Shown piece after piece: positions 27,401 to 41,584 of a stretch of DNA of 64,000 bases (within the stretch, counting starts at the first letter, position 1; every line of letters begins with the position of its first letter). The translations under genes and the position numbers were made by a program. Source of the stretch: the human T2T-CHM13v2.0 reference genome, Homo sapiens; NCBI RefSeq assembly GCF_009914755.1, contig NC_060941.1. The stretch is one strand, 5' to 3'. The notes under the pieces are model-generated. The model was not told the DNA's origin, did no database searches, and was given only the letters and a program-made list of their open reading frames with translations.

Positions 27401-30400
27401 TTTTTTGTTTGTTTCAATTTTATTTAGTTTGCTCTGATCTTAGTTATTTCCTTTCTTCTTCTGGGTTTGGTTTGTTCTTGTTTCACTAGGTTTGGTTTGT
27501 TCTTGTTTCACTAGTTCCTTGAGGTGTGACCTTAGAATGTCAGTTTATGCTCTTTCAATTTTTTTGATGTAGGCATTTAGGGCTATGAACTTTCCTCTTA
27601 GCACCGCCTTTGCTGTGTCCCAGAGGTTTTGATAGGTTGTGTCATTACTGTCGTTCAGTTCCAAGAATTTTTTAATTTCCATTTTGGTTTTGTTTTTGAC
27701 CCAGTTTCATTCAGGAGCAGGTTATTTAATTTCCATGTATTTGCATGGTTCTGAAGGTTCCTTTTGGAGTTGATTTCTAGTTTTATTTCACTGTGGTCTG
27801 AGAGAGTACTTGATATAATTTCAATTTTCTTAAATTTACTGAGGCTTGTTTTATGGCCTATCATATGGTCTATCTTGGAGAAAGTTCCATGACTGTTGAA
27901 TAGAATGTGTATTCTGCAGTTGTTGGATGAAATGTTCTGTACATATCTGTTAAGTCCATTTGTTCCAAGATAGTTTAAATCCGTTTTTTTGTTGTTGTTG
28001 TTGACTTTCTGTCTTGATGACCTGTCTAGTGCTGTCAGTGGAGTATTGACATCCCCCACTGTTATTGTGTTGCTATCTCATTTTTTAGGTCTATTAGTAA
28101 TTGTTTTATAAATTTGGGAGCTCTAGTGTTAGGTACATATATGTTTAGGATTGTGATATTTTATTGTTGGACAGGGCCTTTTACTGTTATGTAACGGTAT
28201 ATATCTTTGTCTCTTTTAATTGCTATCACCCATCTTTGTCTCTTTTAACTGCTGTTGCTTTAAAATTTGTTTTGTCTGATATAAGAATAGCTACCCCTGC
28301 TTGCTTTTGGTGTCCATTTGCATGAAATGCCTTTTTCCACCCCTTCACTTTAAGTTTATGTGTGTCCTTGTGTGTTAGGTGAGTCTCTTGAAGACAGCAG
28401 ATGGTTGGTGAGTTCTCATTCATGCTGTGGTTTTGTATCTTTTCAGTGGAGCATTTAGGCCATTTGCATTCAATGTTAGTATTGAAGTGTGAGATACTGT
28501 TGCATTCATTGTACTCTCTGTTACCTGTGTACTTCAGTGTTTTTGTTTTTGCTTTTTAACTCGTATTTTTGTTTTGTATGTCCTGTGTGATTTATGCTTT
28601 AAAGAGGTTCTGTTTTGATATGTTTCCAGGATTTGTTTCAAGATTTAGAGCTCCTTTTAGCAGTTCTTGTAGTGGTGGCTTGGTAATGGCAAATTCTCTC
28701 AACATTTGTTTGTCTGAAAATGATTTTATCTTTCCTTCATATATGATGCTTAGTTTTTCTGGATACAAAATTCTTGGCTAATAGTGTTTTATTTGAGGAG
28801 GCTGAAGATGGGGGTCCAATCCCTTCTAGCTTGCAGGGTTTCTGCTGAGAAATCCGCTGTTAATCTGAGAGGTTTTCCTTTTTAGGTTACCTGGTGCTTC
28901 TGTCTCACAGCTCTTAAGATTCTTTCCTTCATCTTAACTTTGGATAACCTGATGACAATGTGCCTAGGTGAAGATCCTTTTAAGTGAACTTTCCAGGTGT
29001 TCTCTGTGCTACTTGTATTTGGATGTCTAGGTCTTTAGCAAGGACAGGGAAATTTTCCTTGACTATTCCCCCAAATATGTTTTCCAAGCTTTTAGAATTC
29101 TCTTGTTCCTCAGGAAGACCAATTATTCTTAGATTTGGTCGTTAAACATAATCCCTTCTTGGAGGCTTTGTTCATATTTTCTTATTCTTTTTTCTTTGTC
29201 TTTGTTGGATTGGGTTAATTTGAAGACCTTGTCTTCAAGCTCTTAATTTCTTTCTTCTACTTGTCCAATTCTATTGCTAAGACTTTCCATAGCATTTCAC
29301 ATTTCTAAAAGTGTGCCCAAAAGTTCCTGAATTTTTGATTATTCATTCTGTAAGCTATCTATTTTCTTGAATATTTCTCCCTCCATTTTTTGTATCACTT
29401 TTTGGATTTCCTTGCATTGGGCTTCACCTTTCTCTGGTCCCTCCCTGTTTAGTTAATAAGTAACCTCCTGAATTTTTTTTCAGGTAAATCAAGGATTTCT
29501 TCTTGGTTTGGATCCATTGCTGGTGAACTAGTGTGATTTTTTTGGGGTGTTGATGAGCCTTGTTTTGTCATATTACCAGGGTTAGTTTTCTGGTTCCTTC
29601 TCATTTGGGTAGGCTCTGTCAGAGGGAAGGTCTAGGGCTGAAGGCTGTTGTTCAGATTCTTTTGCCCCACTAAGTGTTCCCTTGATGTAGTACTCTCCCC
29701 CTTTACCTATGGATGTAGCTTCCTGTGAACCGAACAGCAGTGATTATTGTCTCTCTTCTGGGTCTAGCCACCCAGCGAGTCTACCCAGCTCTGGACTGGT
29801 ACTGGGGGTTGTCTGCATAGAGTCCTGTGATGTGAACCATCTATGGGTCTCTCAGCCGCGGATACCAGGGCCTGTTCCAGTGGAGGTGGTGGGGGTGGGG
29901 GGTGCAATGGACTCTGTGAGGGTTCTTAGCTTTGATGGTTTAATGCTTTATTTTTGTGCTGGTTGGCCTCCTGACAGGAGGTGGTGCTTTCCAGAAAGCG
30001 TCAGCTGTAGTAGTGTGGAGAGGAACTGGCAGTGGGCAGGGCCCTAGAACTCCCAAGATTATATGCCCTTTGTCTTCCACTACCAGGGTGGGTAGGGAAG
30101 GACCATTAGGTAGGGGTGGGGCTAAGTGTGTCTGAGCTCAGACTCTCCTTGGGTGGGTCTTGCTGTGGCTGCTGTGGGGGATGGGGGTGAGATTCCCAGG
30201 TCACTGGAGTTGTGTATCTGGGGGGGTTATGGCTGCCTCTGCTGAGTCATGCAAGTTGTCAGGGAAGTGGGGGAAAGCCAACAGTCACAGGCCTCACCCA
30301 GCTCCCACGCAAACAGAAGGGCTGGTCTCACCAGCACCACATTCCCTGCAACAGCCCTGAGTCTGTTTCCAGGTAGAGGGCATGATGGGCTTGAAAACTT

Positions 30401-31022
30401 GCCCTGCGCTATCTGCCTCCAAGCTGCAAAAGAAAAGGGGCTTGGTTCTTCCCCCGACTGTGGAGTCTGTACACTGGATTTGCTCCCTCCCCCGAGTTCT
30501 GGCCAGAAGGCTTCTCACCCCATTCAAATTGTTAACAAAGTCCAGCTAGAGATTTCCTTCTCCCTATGGAGTTTTATGTCCTGCTCCTCTGGTCACCTTC
30601 CTGATGGATCTCTGTGGTGCCAGGCAGGAATGGTCTGCTAGGGGATGCAGCAAGCTCCCAGGGCCTTTCTATTGCTTCCTCTTCCCTTTATTTCACTTGG
30701 CTCTCTAAATTGACTCAGCTCCAGGTAAAGTCAGAAACTTCTCCTGCAAAGAGACCTTCAGCTTCTCCAGCGGGGGTATGTGTTTGGGAGAGGAGGGTCT
30801 CCCTTTCCCATTTCTGCAGTTGGGGCACTCAGTATTTAGGATGTCTCCAGGTCCTGTAGAAGCAGTCTGCTTCCTTCAGAGGGTTGGTGGATCCTCTCGG
30901 GATTGCTGCTCTGTTCTTGCAGTCGATTTGGAGCTAAAATGCACAATGTGAGTTTCTGCATGCTACTCTGTCCAGAGCTGCAATCTAGTCCTGCCTCCTC
31001 TCTGCCATGATGATCAGAAATC
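24419..31022 (-). mobile_element. Full-length L1PB (L1PB1-like), 6.6 kb, defective
   Basis: L1PB 3' end 'ggggtacaggtggtatttggtt...gattttggtgcaccc'; ORF2 peptides; GC-richer 5'UTR; 15-bp TSD gacacctcttgtctt (24404-24418) / gacacctcctatctt (31023-31037). Confidence 0.95.
25089..28423 (-). pseudogene. Disrupted L1 ORF2 (endonuclease + reverse transcriptase + C-terminal region)
   Basis: ORF pieces: ICCLQETHL (28226-28423), GDVNTPL...SDH (27655-28059), [10 protein letters not shown] (26528-26995), [10 protein letters not shown] and LSLFADDMI (25791-26531), WAKDMNR (25089-25640); split by frameshifts and stops. Confidence 0.95.
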
Positions 31023-32733
31023 GACACCTCCTATCTTGAATTCACCATATAGCTTGGTTTCCCAGCGGTGAGTTGGTTTCCCAGTGGTGACTTGGTTACT
31101 AGGATTCACAGTGGTGGATGAGAGTAGGATGAACCTGAGATACCCTGAGTCCTCTTTGAAAGAAAACCGGGGCAAGCCACATCTTAGAGGATGAATTTTA
31201 AGGATAAGCCATCCCAAACCATACCTTTATGCCCATCCCCTTATTCAAGGCAACCTGGAGGAGAAAAGCGGCTACTGAGTTATCCTGGGAATAGTGCCTT
31301 GTTATTTATGTCACCAATAAATCTCTTTTGAAACACCATCTGATTGTCTTCTGGTTTTCATGAGACCACAACATTTATGAGTTACTGAATACCTATCACT
31401 GGTGTGTTGTGCATGTGTGTGTATGTATATGTGTGTGTATATATGTTGGGAGGCTGGGGGATGTATGACCCCATACTTAGTCCCCCCAGATCCTGCACAG
31501 AATAACAGCTCTTCATAGCTATAGGGAGTCAGAGGAAATCTTGCATTCTATTTGGCAACAATAGTGTAGCCAATTCTTTAAGGTGCATTGGAATAAAGGC
31601 AAAACTTAAGAGTGCTGGGGAGATAAATTGTAGATAACAACAGATGACAGATCCCTTGCACTAAACCCACACCACAGTACCTGGGTCGGCTGTCCCTGTC
31701 ACTCTAAGCAGAGCTGCTTCAAATAGCTTTGGTGGTAATGGTGGTGGGATGAGGAGGGGAGCTTGTTATTTTCCTTGACTCTTCCAGAGAAATTTCATAA
31801 ATAGTTTACTTAGTGTGTTAATCTGTGCATCTGGGAAGCATAATGCGTCCTTGGCACCACAGCCCACTGTGATGTTCGTCGATTGCCTCTTGCAGAAGGA
31901 GAAGGGGTTGAGTCCATCTATTTAGAGCATTGGGAATTTTTGGTGTCTATTATTTAGAAAGTTGTGATTGGAATCTCTCTTCAAGCTGAAATTATTTTTG
32001 TCCCCAAATAATCAAAGCCAGACTCCCCACAGGAGGTTGTAGGGTGGTGGCTGGTGCACTTGAGTAGAACCAATTGCTGTCTTGCAAATCTCATCACTGC
32101 ATTAGTGAAAAAGAAGGAGATTTGTACTATGAAAATTGTTCTAGAGAGGCTTGGCCTTATGGTTTTGATATATGGTAATTCTGTGAATACAAATATACTT
32201 TCTCTAGGATAAACAACATAAAACTGTAGCTTCTTTGATGATGTTTTGCCTTGATTTTAGAAAGGGAGATGACAAATTAGACATCGGGGTTAAATTATAG
32301 TCAGTGGAACCTAGTTTTCAATTTGTCTTCCTACTCTACTGTTGAGTGTGTCATTTTTGCAAGACTTTGACTCTCCTTCTGATATAGTCACTTATTTTTT
32401 CCATCCAAATCACGGATTTGAGAGTACCTATGCCAAATGCTATGAAAATAAATTTTGAAAAGTAAAAGACTTTGACATATGGATTTTCTTCCTTCTTCTT
32501 CCTTCTGCCACTTACCATTGTCATAGCAGTCATCCTCATTGTTATCATCATCATCATCTCCTAAACAGTCTTATCAATGCTGGTATTATTAACTCTTACA
32601 CCTTGTCTTCGTCATTCGCTCTACACATCATTACCAGATTCATCTTCCTGAGACAAGTCTTTGATCCTGACATCATACTAGCCCCACACCTTCACCTGGT
32701 CAGTGTCTTTGCAGCCCTGTGCTCCAAGTCTAG

Positions 32734-33154
<421 letters not shown>

Positions 33155-33317
33155 TCCTCCATCTCTTTATGTGTAAATGTCACTCGACCTTCATGATGTA
33201 GCTGAAATGCTACTTTCTCTACCCTCCCCCATGGCATCCTTCCTCTTCTAATTTCCTTCCACACTTAATTTGTTCTTTTATTGTGTCACTTACCCCATTT
33301 TCCTTACAGTATAGTTT

Positions 33318-33368
<51 letters not shown>
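33318..33368. repeat. (TA)n(TG)n microsatellite
   Basis: Directly visible. Confidence 0.95.
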
Positions 33369-33370
<2 letters not shown>

Positions 33371-33981
33371 TATCATCTTGAAAGCTGAGTTCGAATCTTC
33401 TTGAAGCTCAAGTTGTTCACCTTGTTAGACTTGCGTGTCTAGCACAGTGCAGCATACAGTGGTATATATTTATCTTAACTTTATCCGCACTTATTTCCCA
33501 GAGGGGACTATGTAAGTTGTCAGTGTTTTGCTGTACTAATTTGTGAAGCAAGTCAAATGGCCCTGAGTTGTTCTTCTAAACATATTGTACTAGAAATCAC
33601 TTTTTTGCATCTAGAGAAAAGGAATGGGGCAGGCCTGGGTAAGATGCATCTTAATGGGCCTCTTCGGTATGGAGCAACAAGAGCACCATTCTCTTCCCAC
33701 TGCCAACCCCCTCACCCCACCTCCCCTCACCCACCAGTCCCCACACACATGCTGGGCTTTCCAAACTGCTGTCAATCATTTCAATCTCATGATAGCCTCT
33801 CCATGAGGAAAGTAGAACTGGCTGTATAATCATCCCAAGTCTGATGGATGGTGAGGAAAAAAGTCACAGAAAACCTTAAATGACTTGCGGAATTGCATAG
33901 CTTGTTGGCAGCCAAAAGAGGGAAGGACCTCAAAACCTCTTAAATTCTCATTCCATGGATGCCTACTAGATGAGCTGGTGA

Positions 33982-34289
<308 letters not shown>

Positions 34290-34299
34290 TGATTTTCCC

Positions 34300-34467
34300 T
34301 TTTTCTTAGGACACAGTCATACTGGATTAAGACCCACCCTAATGATGTTATTTTAATTTGATTACCTCTTTAAACACCCTATTTCCAAACAAGGTCATAT
34401 TCTGAAGTACTGGAAGTTAAGACCTCAGTATATCTTGCTGGGAGTAACACAATTCAACCCACAACAA
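34300..34467 (-). mobile_element. MLT1 (A/B-like) LTR fragment
   Basis: 'ccctatttccaaacaaggtcatattctgaagtactgg...cacaattcaacccacaaca'. Confidence 0.8.
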
Positions 34468-36109
34468 GACCCAATTTGAATTCCATCACCCATGACCAAT
34501 TTGATTCCCATATGGATCTTTCCTTTAATCTGATTCCTTTTCATGTGTCCAGAGTCAAGAGCAAAAGGTTTTACATTTCATGTGGAGGGATTCCCTAGGT
34601 CTTTCGGAAACAGCTTGTGCTCCCCTCACATTCACAATCTCTTCAAGCTGTCTTCTTCACCTTCTTAAAGCAGACCGATTCACTTTCAAAAGGAGGGTGC
34701 TGGGTTGTCCCCAGTAACTCTAGCTAGGCCAGGTCAGAACGTCTGAAAGGCACTGTGGGAAATTTCCAGTGAACGCCATCCAATCACTGAAGCAGTGAAG
34801 AGGGGAATGGGGATGTGGCAGGAAGCAGGAGGAACCTGGCACCCACCGTGGGGGTTGGGCTGGGTGGGAGGCGGGGCTCCGTCATCTTCTCTCAGCCCAG
34901 GCTCCTCCTCGTTTGCTCGTGCTTTTTCCCACCTGCACATCACACATCTGCAGCTGTTTCCTTGGGCTCCTTGTTGCTGGAATTATGAAATAAAGTTAAA
35001 AATGGATAAATAGAGAAGGAAATGGGAGGGACCAGAGACTCACTTAAGGCTCAGATGGGCTCTGGTTGGAAGAAACCCACATGTGTTAGCTTGGTTGGAT
35101 TGTGGTCAGGGTGGAGTGAGGGGCAGGGAGTTGTGCACCACAGGGTGGGGCTGGGGGACCTGCTGTTACTGTGAATTGAATATTCATGCAAAGAAGAGGG
35201 TATGGGAGGGGTGCCTGGATGAGGAGAGATCAGAATTCTCAGCTGGTGTTTCTTCTCCTTCTTTTTTTCCGTCCTGAACTCCAGCTTTTCTAAAACTCTC
35301 TCCATCTTTCTGCTTTTCTGCTGGCGTAGCCCAACCACCTCTCCCTGAATCTCAGCACCATAAAAAGAAGCCAAATCCCTTTCCCTGAGTTCAGCGCATA
35401 TAATAATATCAGTGACTATAAAGATGACATGTATTTGTGTGGTGCCTGGAGGTTTACACAGTTCTTTAATTTATATAATCTTATTTTATAATTTGATAAG
35501 GCAGACCTTTTACAAGTAGATCTGTATGGAAGAACTAGGGCCAAGGGAAGATAAGTAGCACCCCCAGTCCTAATAATGACAGGAGATTTCTTGTGTGGAA
35601 TAAGGAAGACCTAGCCACAGAGAGGCTCTGCTAAACTCAGTCCTTTCTGGGGCACTGCACTCTCTGGGGGTATTTTGGAGGCTGCTTTTAGAGACACTAG
35701 ACAAGTCCTTCCTCATACTTTCTAAACATCCACCCTTTGGTGGCCGATGACTAAAAGGAAATTCACTTAAACACTTCCCTAGTATCTACTATGCACTGGC
35801 TCCTCTAGGGATATTGGAGACAGGACTGATGGAGGAGGTAAAAAGAGAAGCAAAATGTGGATTGTTTCTTCAGGGAAAACATTTGACTGGGAATGAAGAG
35901 CTGGGCGAAGGAAGGATTTATTGTCCCAACAGCTGCATGTTCTGGAGTGAACCTCCTGAGGACTGGCAGAGGGGGCGTGGTTGCAGGGGATGGGTAGAGG
36001 AAGCAGATTTCCTGATCGCCCCTATCTGTGTGAGAAGGCGTCATACCCATGGCCAGACAAAGGGACATTTACTTGAACTGACATTCATGACACACGGGCC
36101 CCATAAGGG

Positions 36110-36500
36110 TGTGTGTGGCCAAAACCCTCTTCTACACTTCAGTCTGTTCCTCTTTTCTTTGTAAGATGGGCCAATCCTAGAGCCTCTGTGTTTTCCAGGC
36201 TCCCAGGTTGGCCGGCATTAGGCCAGGGTCTCTCAGTGACAGCCTCAAGAGTGGAGGCAGAAAAGAGAGGTCAGGGTATTTGTCTCCTTCCCTCTCCACT
36301 TGTGGAGGCTTTTCAGCAGCACCTGCCTTTCCTCCGTGGCTCTAGCTACCACCAAACAGGCTCCTGTGGGTGAACCCAGGACTCCTGAGACTCTGCCTCC
36401 TCCCCCCATCCCTCCAGCAGGGGGCAGTAGGAACCTCTAGCTTTTGCTAATCTTGGGGTTGAATCATCATCTTCCACTTGGCATCTTAGCTCATCCATCA
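36110..36500. mobile_element. ERVL LTR fragment (LTR33/LTR16-like)
   Basis: 'ggaggcagaaaagagaggtcagggtattt' motif recalled from this family. Confidence 0.4.
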
Positions 36501-37595
36501 CCTGGAAATCCAATTTCCTGCATGAAAGCCCCTCGGTTGTAAATATTCAAGTGGTTTTGTTTCCTGGTTAGATCCTGATTGATAAAACCTTCTGATAAGA
36601 AAGAGCCAGAACTCTTGGGCATATCTTTGGCAGATGGCTTGGCAAAGCCCCTCCCTCCAAAGCCCAGCACCCTCCACAGAGTCAGGGCCCACAAGCTCGG
36701 GTTAGCCTTTTCTTGGATCGAAGGGTTGGAAAATTGGGCTCTGTGATTTGTTGGACACATGTTTATACACAGAGCCTGCGCAGTCCTACAGATTTCATGA
36801 CTCCAAGACGTTAACTGACTTCCAAGTTTTATATATTTGAATGTTTAAAAAATAAATTTGGCTCAAAGATGAAAGGGCTGGAAATAATTTCCATGTCCTC
36901 ATTTGTGTGCCTCAGATATTGCTACTGACATTTTATAAATATTTTAAACCTTTCTTCACCTTCTATATGTCAAGATAAAAAAAGACATTTTAGATAATAG
37001 CTAGGTTTGTGGGTGGTGCTTCTTTCTTGATTGAGGATGGATGACCCACGAAAATAGTAAGCAATAGTCACTTTATGCAGCAGAGTTTTCCAAAGCACAC
37101 AGGAAAGACACAAAGGAATATGTGTTCAGTGGTCATAGCATTTAGTGGCATGAAGATTTTTTTTTACTCCAGATTCTTTCTGTGCTGTGTCCTCCCTTTT
37201 CCACTGCCTCCAAGCCTGTGATTTATGCCCCAACATTCAGCACAAACTTCCTCTGCTCCCTACCCTGACTCTGATTCTTCATCCAGCTTCGTCTCTCTTC
37301 TCCCTCCTTCTCTACAGGCCCAATGCTCTCTGCTTCTGTTGTCTCTGATGGGAGCACATCAGGAATTTTTAAACTTTTTTTTTTTTTTGAGCAATCTTAT
37401 AAACTTGGAAAAATCTCATAAAATTGAGGACCTTCTGTAGGGTCACCCGCCTTAAACATTATATACAAGTTCCACAGGTTAATACTACCAAAAGCCATAT
37501 GTGGATCACAGTTTAAGAGACTCTACTATATAGTCAATATCTTTTATACCAGAGTTTTTAAATTACCTGCTAACTAAATTGCTTTTCCTTTGTGA

Positions 37596-37962
<367 letters not shown>

Positions 37963-37984
37963 TGAATTCGATTCCATTCAATTT

Positions 37985-38850
37985 CACTCTTAATTTAATT
38001 CCACTGTGGTCAGTTAACGTACTTTGTAGAATTTCAATCCTTTTACGTTTATCAAGGTTTGTGTTTTATGGTTTACCCTGGAGAATGTTGCAAGTGCTTC
38101 TGAGAATATTCTGTATTCTGCTGCTGATAGGTAGGGTGTTCTATAGATGTCTATTAGGTCTAGTTGGTTTACTGTGTTAAAATAGTCTATATCTCTGTTG
38201 ATTTTTTGTTACTTGTTCTACCCATTATTGAAGGTGGAATATTGAAGTCTCCAACTACTATCGTTGAACTATCGTTGTTGAATTGTGTCTTCCTGCAATT
38301 CTGTTAGTTGTTGCTTTATGTATTTTTGGGTTTTGTTTTCAGGTGCATTTATGCTTATAGTTCTTGTATCTTCCTGACAGATTAACTCTTTTATTATTAT
38401 AAAACATCCCTCTTTATTGCTAGTAACCGCTTTTCTTTTAAAGTCTATTTTGTCTGATATTATTGGTGTAGCCACTGTGGTTCTCTTATAGTTGCTATTT
38501 TCTAGTGTAACATTTTAATTCCTTTAATTATTTTTAGCTATATTTTTGAGTCATTTTCTTAATGGTTGCTCTAGGCCTTACAATACACATCTTAACTCAC
38601 CAGAATCTACTTCCGATTTAAACTAACTTAATTTCAGTGAGATATAGAAACTTTACTTTTGCATAGTTGTATTTCTTCTCCTTTCCTTTTTTAGTAATAT
38701 TATTGTCATATGTATCATGTCTGTGTTATGAACCCAACAATACATTGTTATAATTGCTAATTTATCAAATTTTATGTTTTTTTAAGAAGAAAGAGCAAGA
38801 ATGTGTTCATAGAGTTTGTTATATTAACTTATTTTTCCCTGTGAATTTGA
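37985..38850 (-). mobile_element. L1M ORF2 5' fragment
   Basis: ORF 38269-38475 (ISDKIDFK...INAPEN..KYIKQQLTEL) resembles the L1 endonuclease. Confidence 0.8.
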
Positions 38851-39649
38851 GTTAATTCATTACATTCCATTTGATTTCTTTCCTACCTGGAAGATTATTT
38901 TCATAAATTTTGCTCTTGACATTTTAAAAACAATTGAGAAGCTACCACTGCCCCTCAAAATCCTGTCTCTTTGAAAATCCCTTTCATTCAAATGACTATC
39001 TCACTGTCATTGATAGTGGCTTTCCAAAGTCAAAATAACTTTCCTCAATGAGTTCATCCCCTGGTTCAGTCATCTTTTGTGCCATCTTTCTTGGTAACTT
39101 CTGATAACACATTGGTCATTGTTCTAGATCTCTTCGTTAATAATTCCTCAACTTCTTCATTTCCCAGTCACTATTTGTGTGCACTCTGACAGTCGCACTG
39201 TACACCTAACCATTCCTCAGAGGACTTTCCTGATAAAAATGCTGGCTCTGAGCGTGCCTTTTCCAATCACCACAGCCTCTCCCCACACCTTGCTGAAGGC
39301 TGCTGAACCTGGACTTTCTTCTTATGGAAATCTTTGTGTCCCAAATCTTGCCTGGTGTTCTTAGTCCAAAACACCCTTTCTGATTTTTGTGCTTTCTTCC
39401 CAAGGAAAGCCAATGTACAATGCACTTTCTGTTAGTACGTTGAATCCTTTTATTTTTAAACTCTTTGTTTTACTAATTCTAAACTTTAGCCTCTACTGCT
39501 TACTTGCTGAAGCCTCTATGATGATCATTTGTTGGTTTTGATGGTCCAGCACTCATTTACTGTACTTTCCTCTCTCAGGCCAGTTTGCTGCTGCAGTAAA
39601 TTAGATTCCACCTGAGCTCTAGGGGTAGACTTTAGACTTAGACATAGCC

Positions 39650-40008
39650 AAATAGAACATCACAGATCCCTGGCCACAATGTTTGATTGAGAGATTGGTA
39701 CTACCAAATCAGAAACAGTGAGATGCAATGAGAACTTGAGTGGGATTGTTGGTAAAGAGGCACAAGCTCTTTAGAGTGGATGCTGTCAAGACCCCTCACA
39801 TGGAACCTGTAGAAGGCAGGGTCGAAAGAAAGAGACATATTGAGTCTTATGGCAGTGTTTGAGGCTCTTGATCAAGCCACACCTGAAGCTAGAAGAACTT
39901 GTAGACATTTTTACTATAAGACTAATAAATTCCTATTTTGTTCTTTTTGCTTTGGCTAGCTTGAGTTGGATTTCTGACTTCTGCTACCAAAAGAATTTTA
40001 ACTGATAG
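39650..40008 (+). mobile_element. MLT1 (J-like) LTR
   Basis: 'gatcaagccacacctgaagctaga...aataaattcc...gcttgagttggatttctgact...aaaagaattttaactgata'. Confidence 0.65.
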
Positions 40009-40139
40009 ATATACTTTCTTTACAGCTAGACATTTTAGGATACAACAAAAGTGAGACATCTGGATGAATTAAAAATCTTTAGATTCTTATAGTGATTTCA
40101 AGTCCTCAGATAACCTCTATCTCCCTCATATACCGAAAG

Positions 40140-40690
40140 ATATACGGGCAAAGGGAATGGTTAGGCAATTCATAAAAGAAGTGAATCAAATAGCTAGTAC
40201 ACAGAAGAAAAGTTTAACCTTACTGTTAATCAAGAAATGCAAATTAAACCAAAAGATACATTTTTTTGCAAACAAAATTGGCAAGGCATGACCAATAATA
40301 ATAATTCTCAGTAAACATATATTCTTAATATTGTTGATGGTACTGAATAATTTTTTTTTTTAAATTTAGAGGCTGAGTCTTGCTATGTTGATGAAGCTGG
40401 TCTCAAACTATTGGACTCAAGCAATCCTCCTCCTTTAGTCACCAGAGTAGCTGGGATTACAGATGCCTGCTGCCATACCCAGCTAATGGTACTGAATATT
40501 ACTGCAACTTTTTTGTTGGTAATTTAGAAATATAAATTTAAGTCGCAGGCATTTTACATACTGTTTAATCCAGATATTTCCCTGATAGAAGTAATTAAGA
40601 ATGCTCACAAAGATAAAACTACATGGTTGCTCTTTTCTGTATATATAAGCAAAAAATTTGCAAGAACAAAAATACCCAAATTGTAAAAGA
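40140..40690 (+). mobile_element. Old L1M 3' fragment, with a minus-strand Alu monomer (FLAM-like) at ~40351-40485
   Basis: 'aatcaagaaatgcaaattaaa' L1 motif; Alu text 'ggtctcaaactattggactcaagcaatcctcc'. Confidence 0.6.
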
Positions 40691-40948
40691 TTTTGCCCAG
40701 TAATTAAGTAATGACTTTGTACTATTGTTTCAGTTGGTTAAGAAATATTGCCTTTCAGTGGACTAAATAGTTCCTTAGGACTGGCTTTTAAACTATTATT
40801 TTAATTTAATAAAACAAACTTTTTGAGTGCCCATTATAAAACATAAACCCGACTAGACTTGAGAGCCATGGAACATAATTCCTAACCTCGAGAAACTCAA
40901 TCCAACAGAAAACAACCACTGATGACACACATAAAAATGTTAAATGCC

Positions 40949-41234
40949 AGCCGGGCACGGTGGCTCATGCCTGTAATCCCAGCACTTTGGGAGGCCGAGG
41001 CAGGTGGATCATGAGGTCAGGAGATGGAGATCATCCTGGCTAACATGGTGAAACCCCGATCTCTACTAAAAATACAAAAAAATTAGCCAGGGATGGTGGT
41101 GGGCGCCTGTAGTCCCAGCTCCTCGGGAGGCTGAGGCAGGAGAATGGTATGAACTGGGAGGCGGAGCTTGCAGGGAGCCGAGATTGCACCACTGCACTCC
41201 AGCCAGGGCGACAGAGTGAGACTCCATCTCAAAA

Positions 41235-41277
<43 letters not shown>

Positions 41278-41280
41278 AAA
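40949..41280 (+). mobile_element. AluY-like with (TAAA)n tail
   Basis: 'ggagaatggtatgaac...gcggagcttgcag' Y-type diagnostics. Confidence 0.95.
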
Positions 41281-41584
41281 AGCCGGGCCTAGTGGCTCAT
41301 GCCTGTAATCCCAGCACTTTGGGAGGCTGAGGTGGGTGGATCACGAGGTCAGGAGATCCAGACCATCCTGGCTAACATGCTGAAACCCTGTTTCTACTAA
41401 AAATAGAAAAAATTAGCCAGGCGTGGTGGCGGATGCCTGTAGTCCCAGCTACTCAGGAGGCTGAGACAGGAGAAGGGTGTGAACCCAGGAGGTGGAGCTT
41501 GCAGTGAGCTGAGATTGGCCACTGCACTCCAGCCTGGGTGACAGAGCCAGACTCTGTCTCAAAAAAAAAAAAAAAAAAAAAAAA
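41281..41584 (+). mobile_element. Second AluY-like, head-to-tail with the first
   Basis: Full dimer plus A-tail directly after the first Alu's tail. Confidence 0.95.

Noticed and set aside
25089-28423. Reverse transcriptase/endonuclease ORFs as a novel retro-system
   Set aside because: Ordinary L1 ORF2 broken by frameshifts and stops
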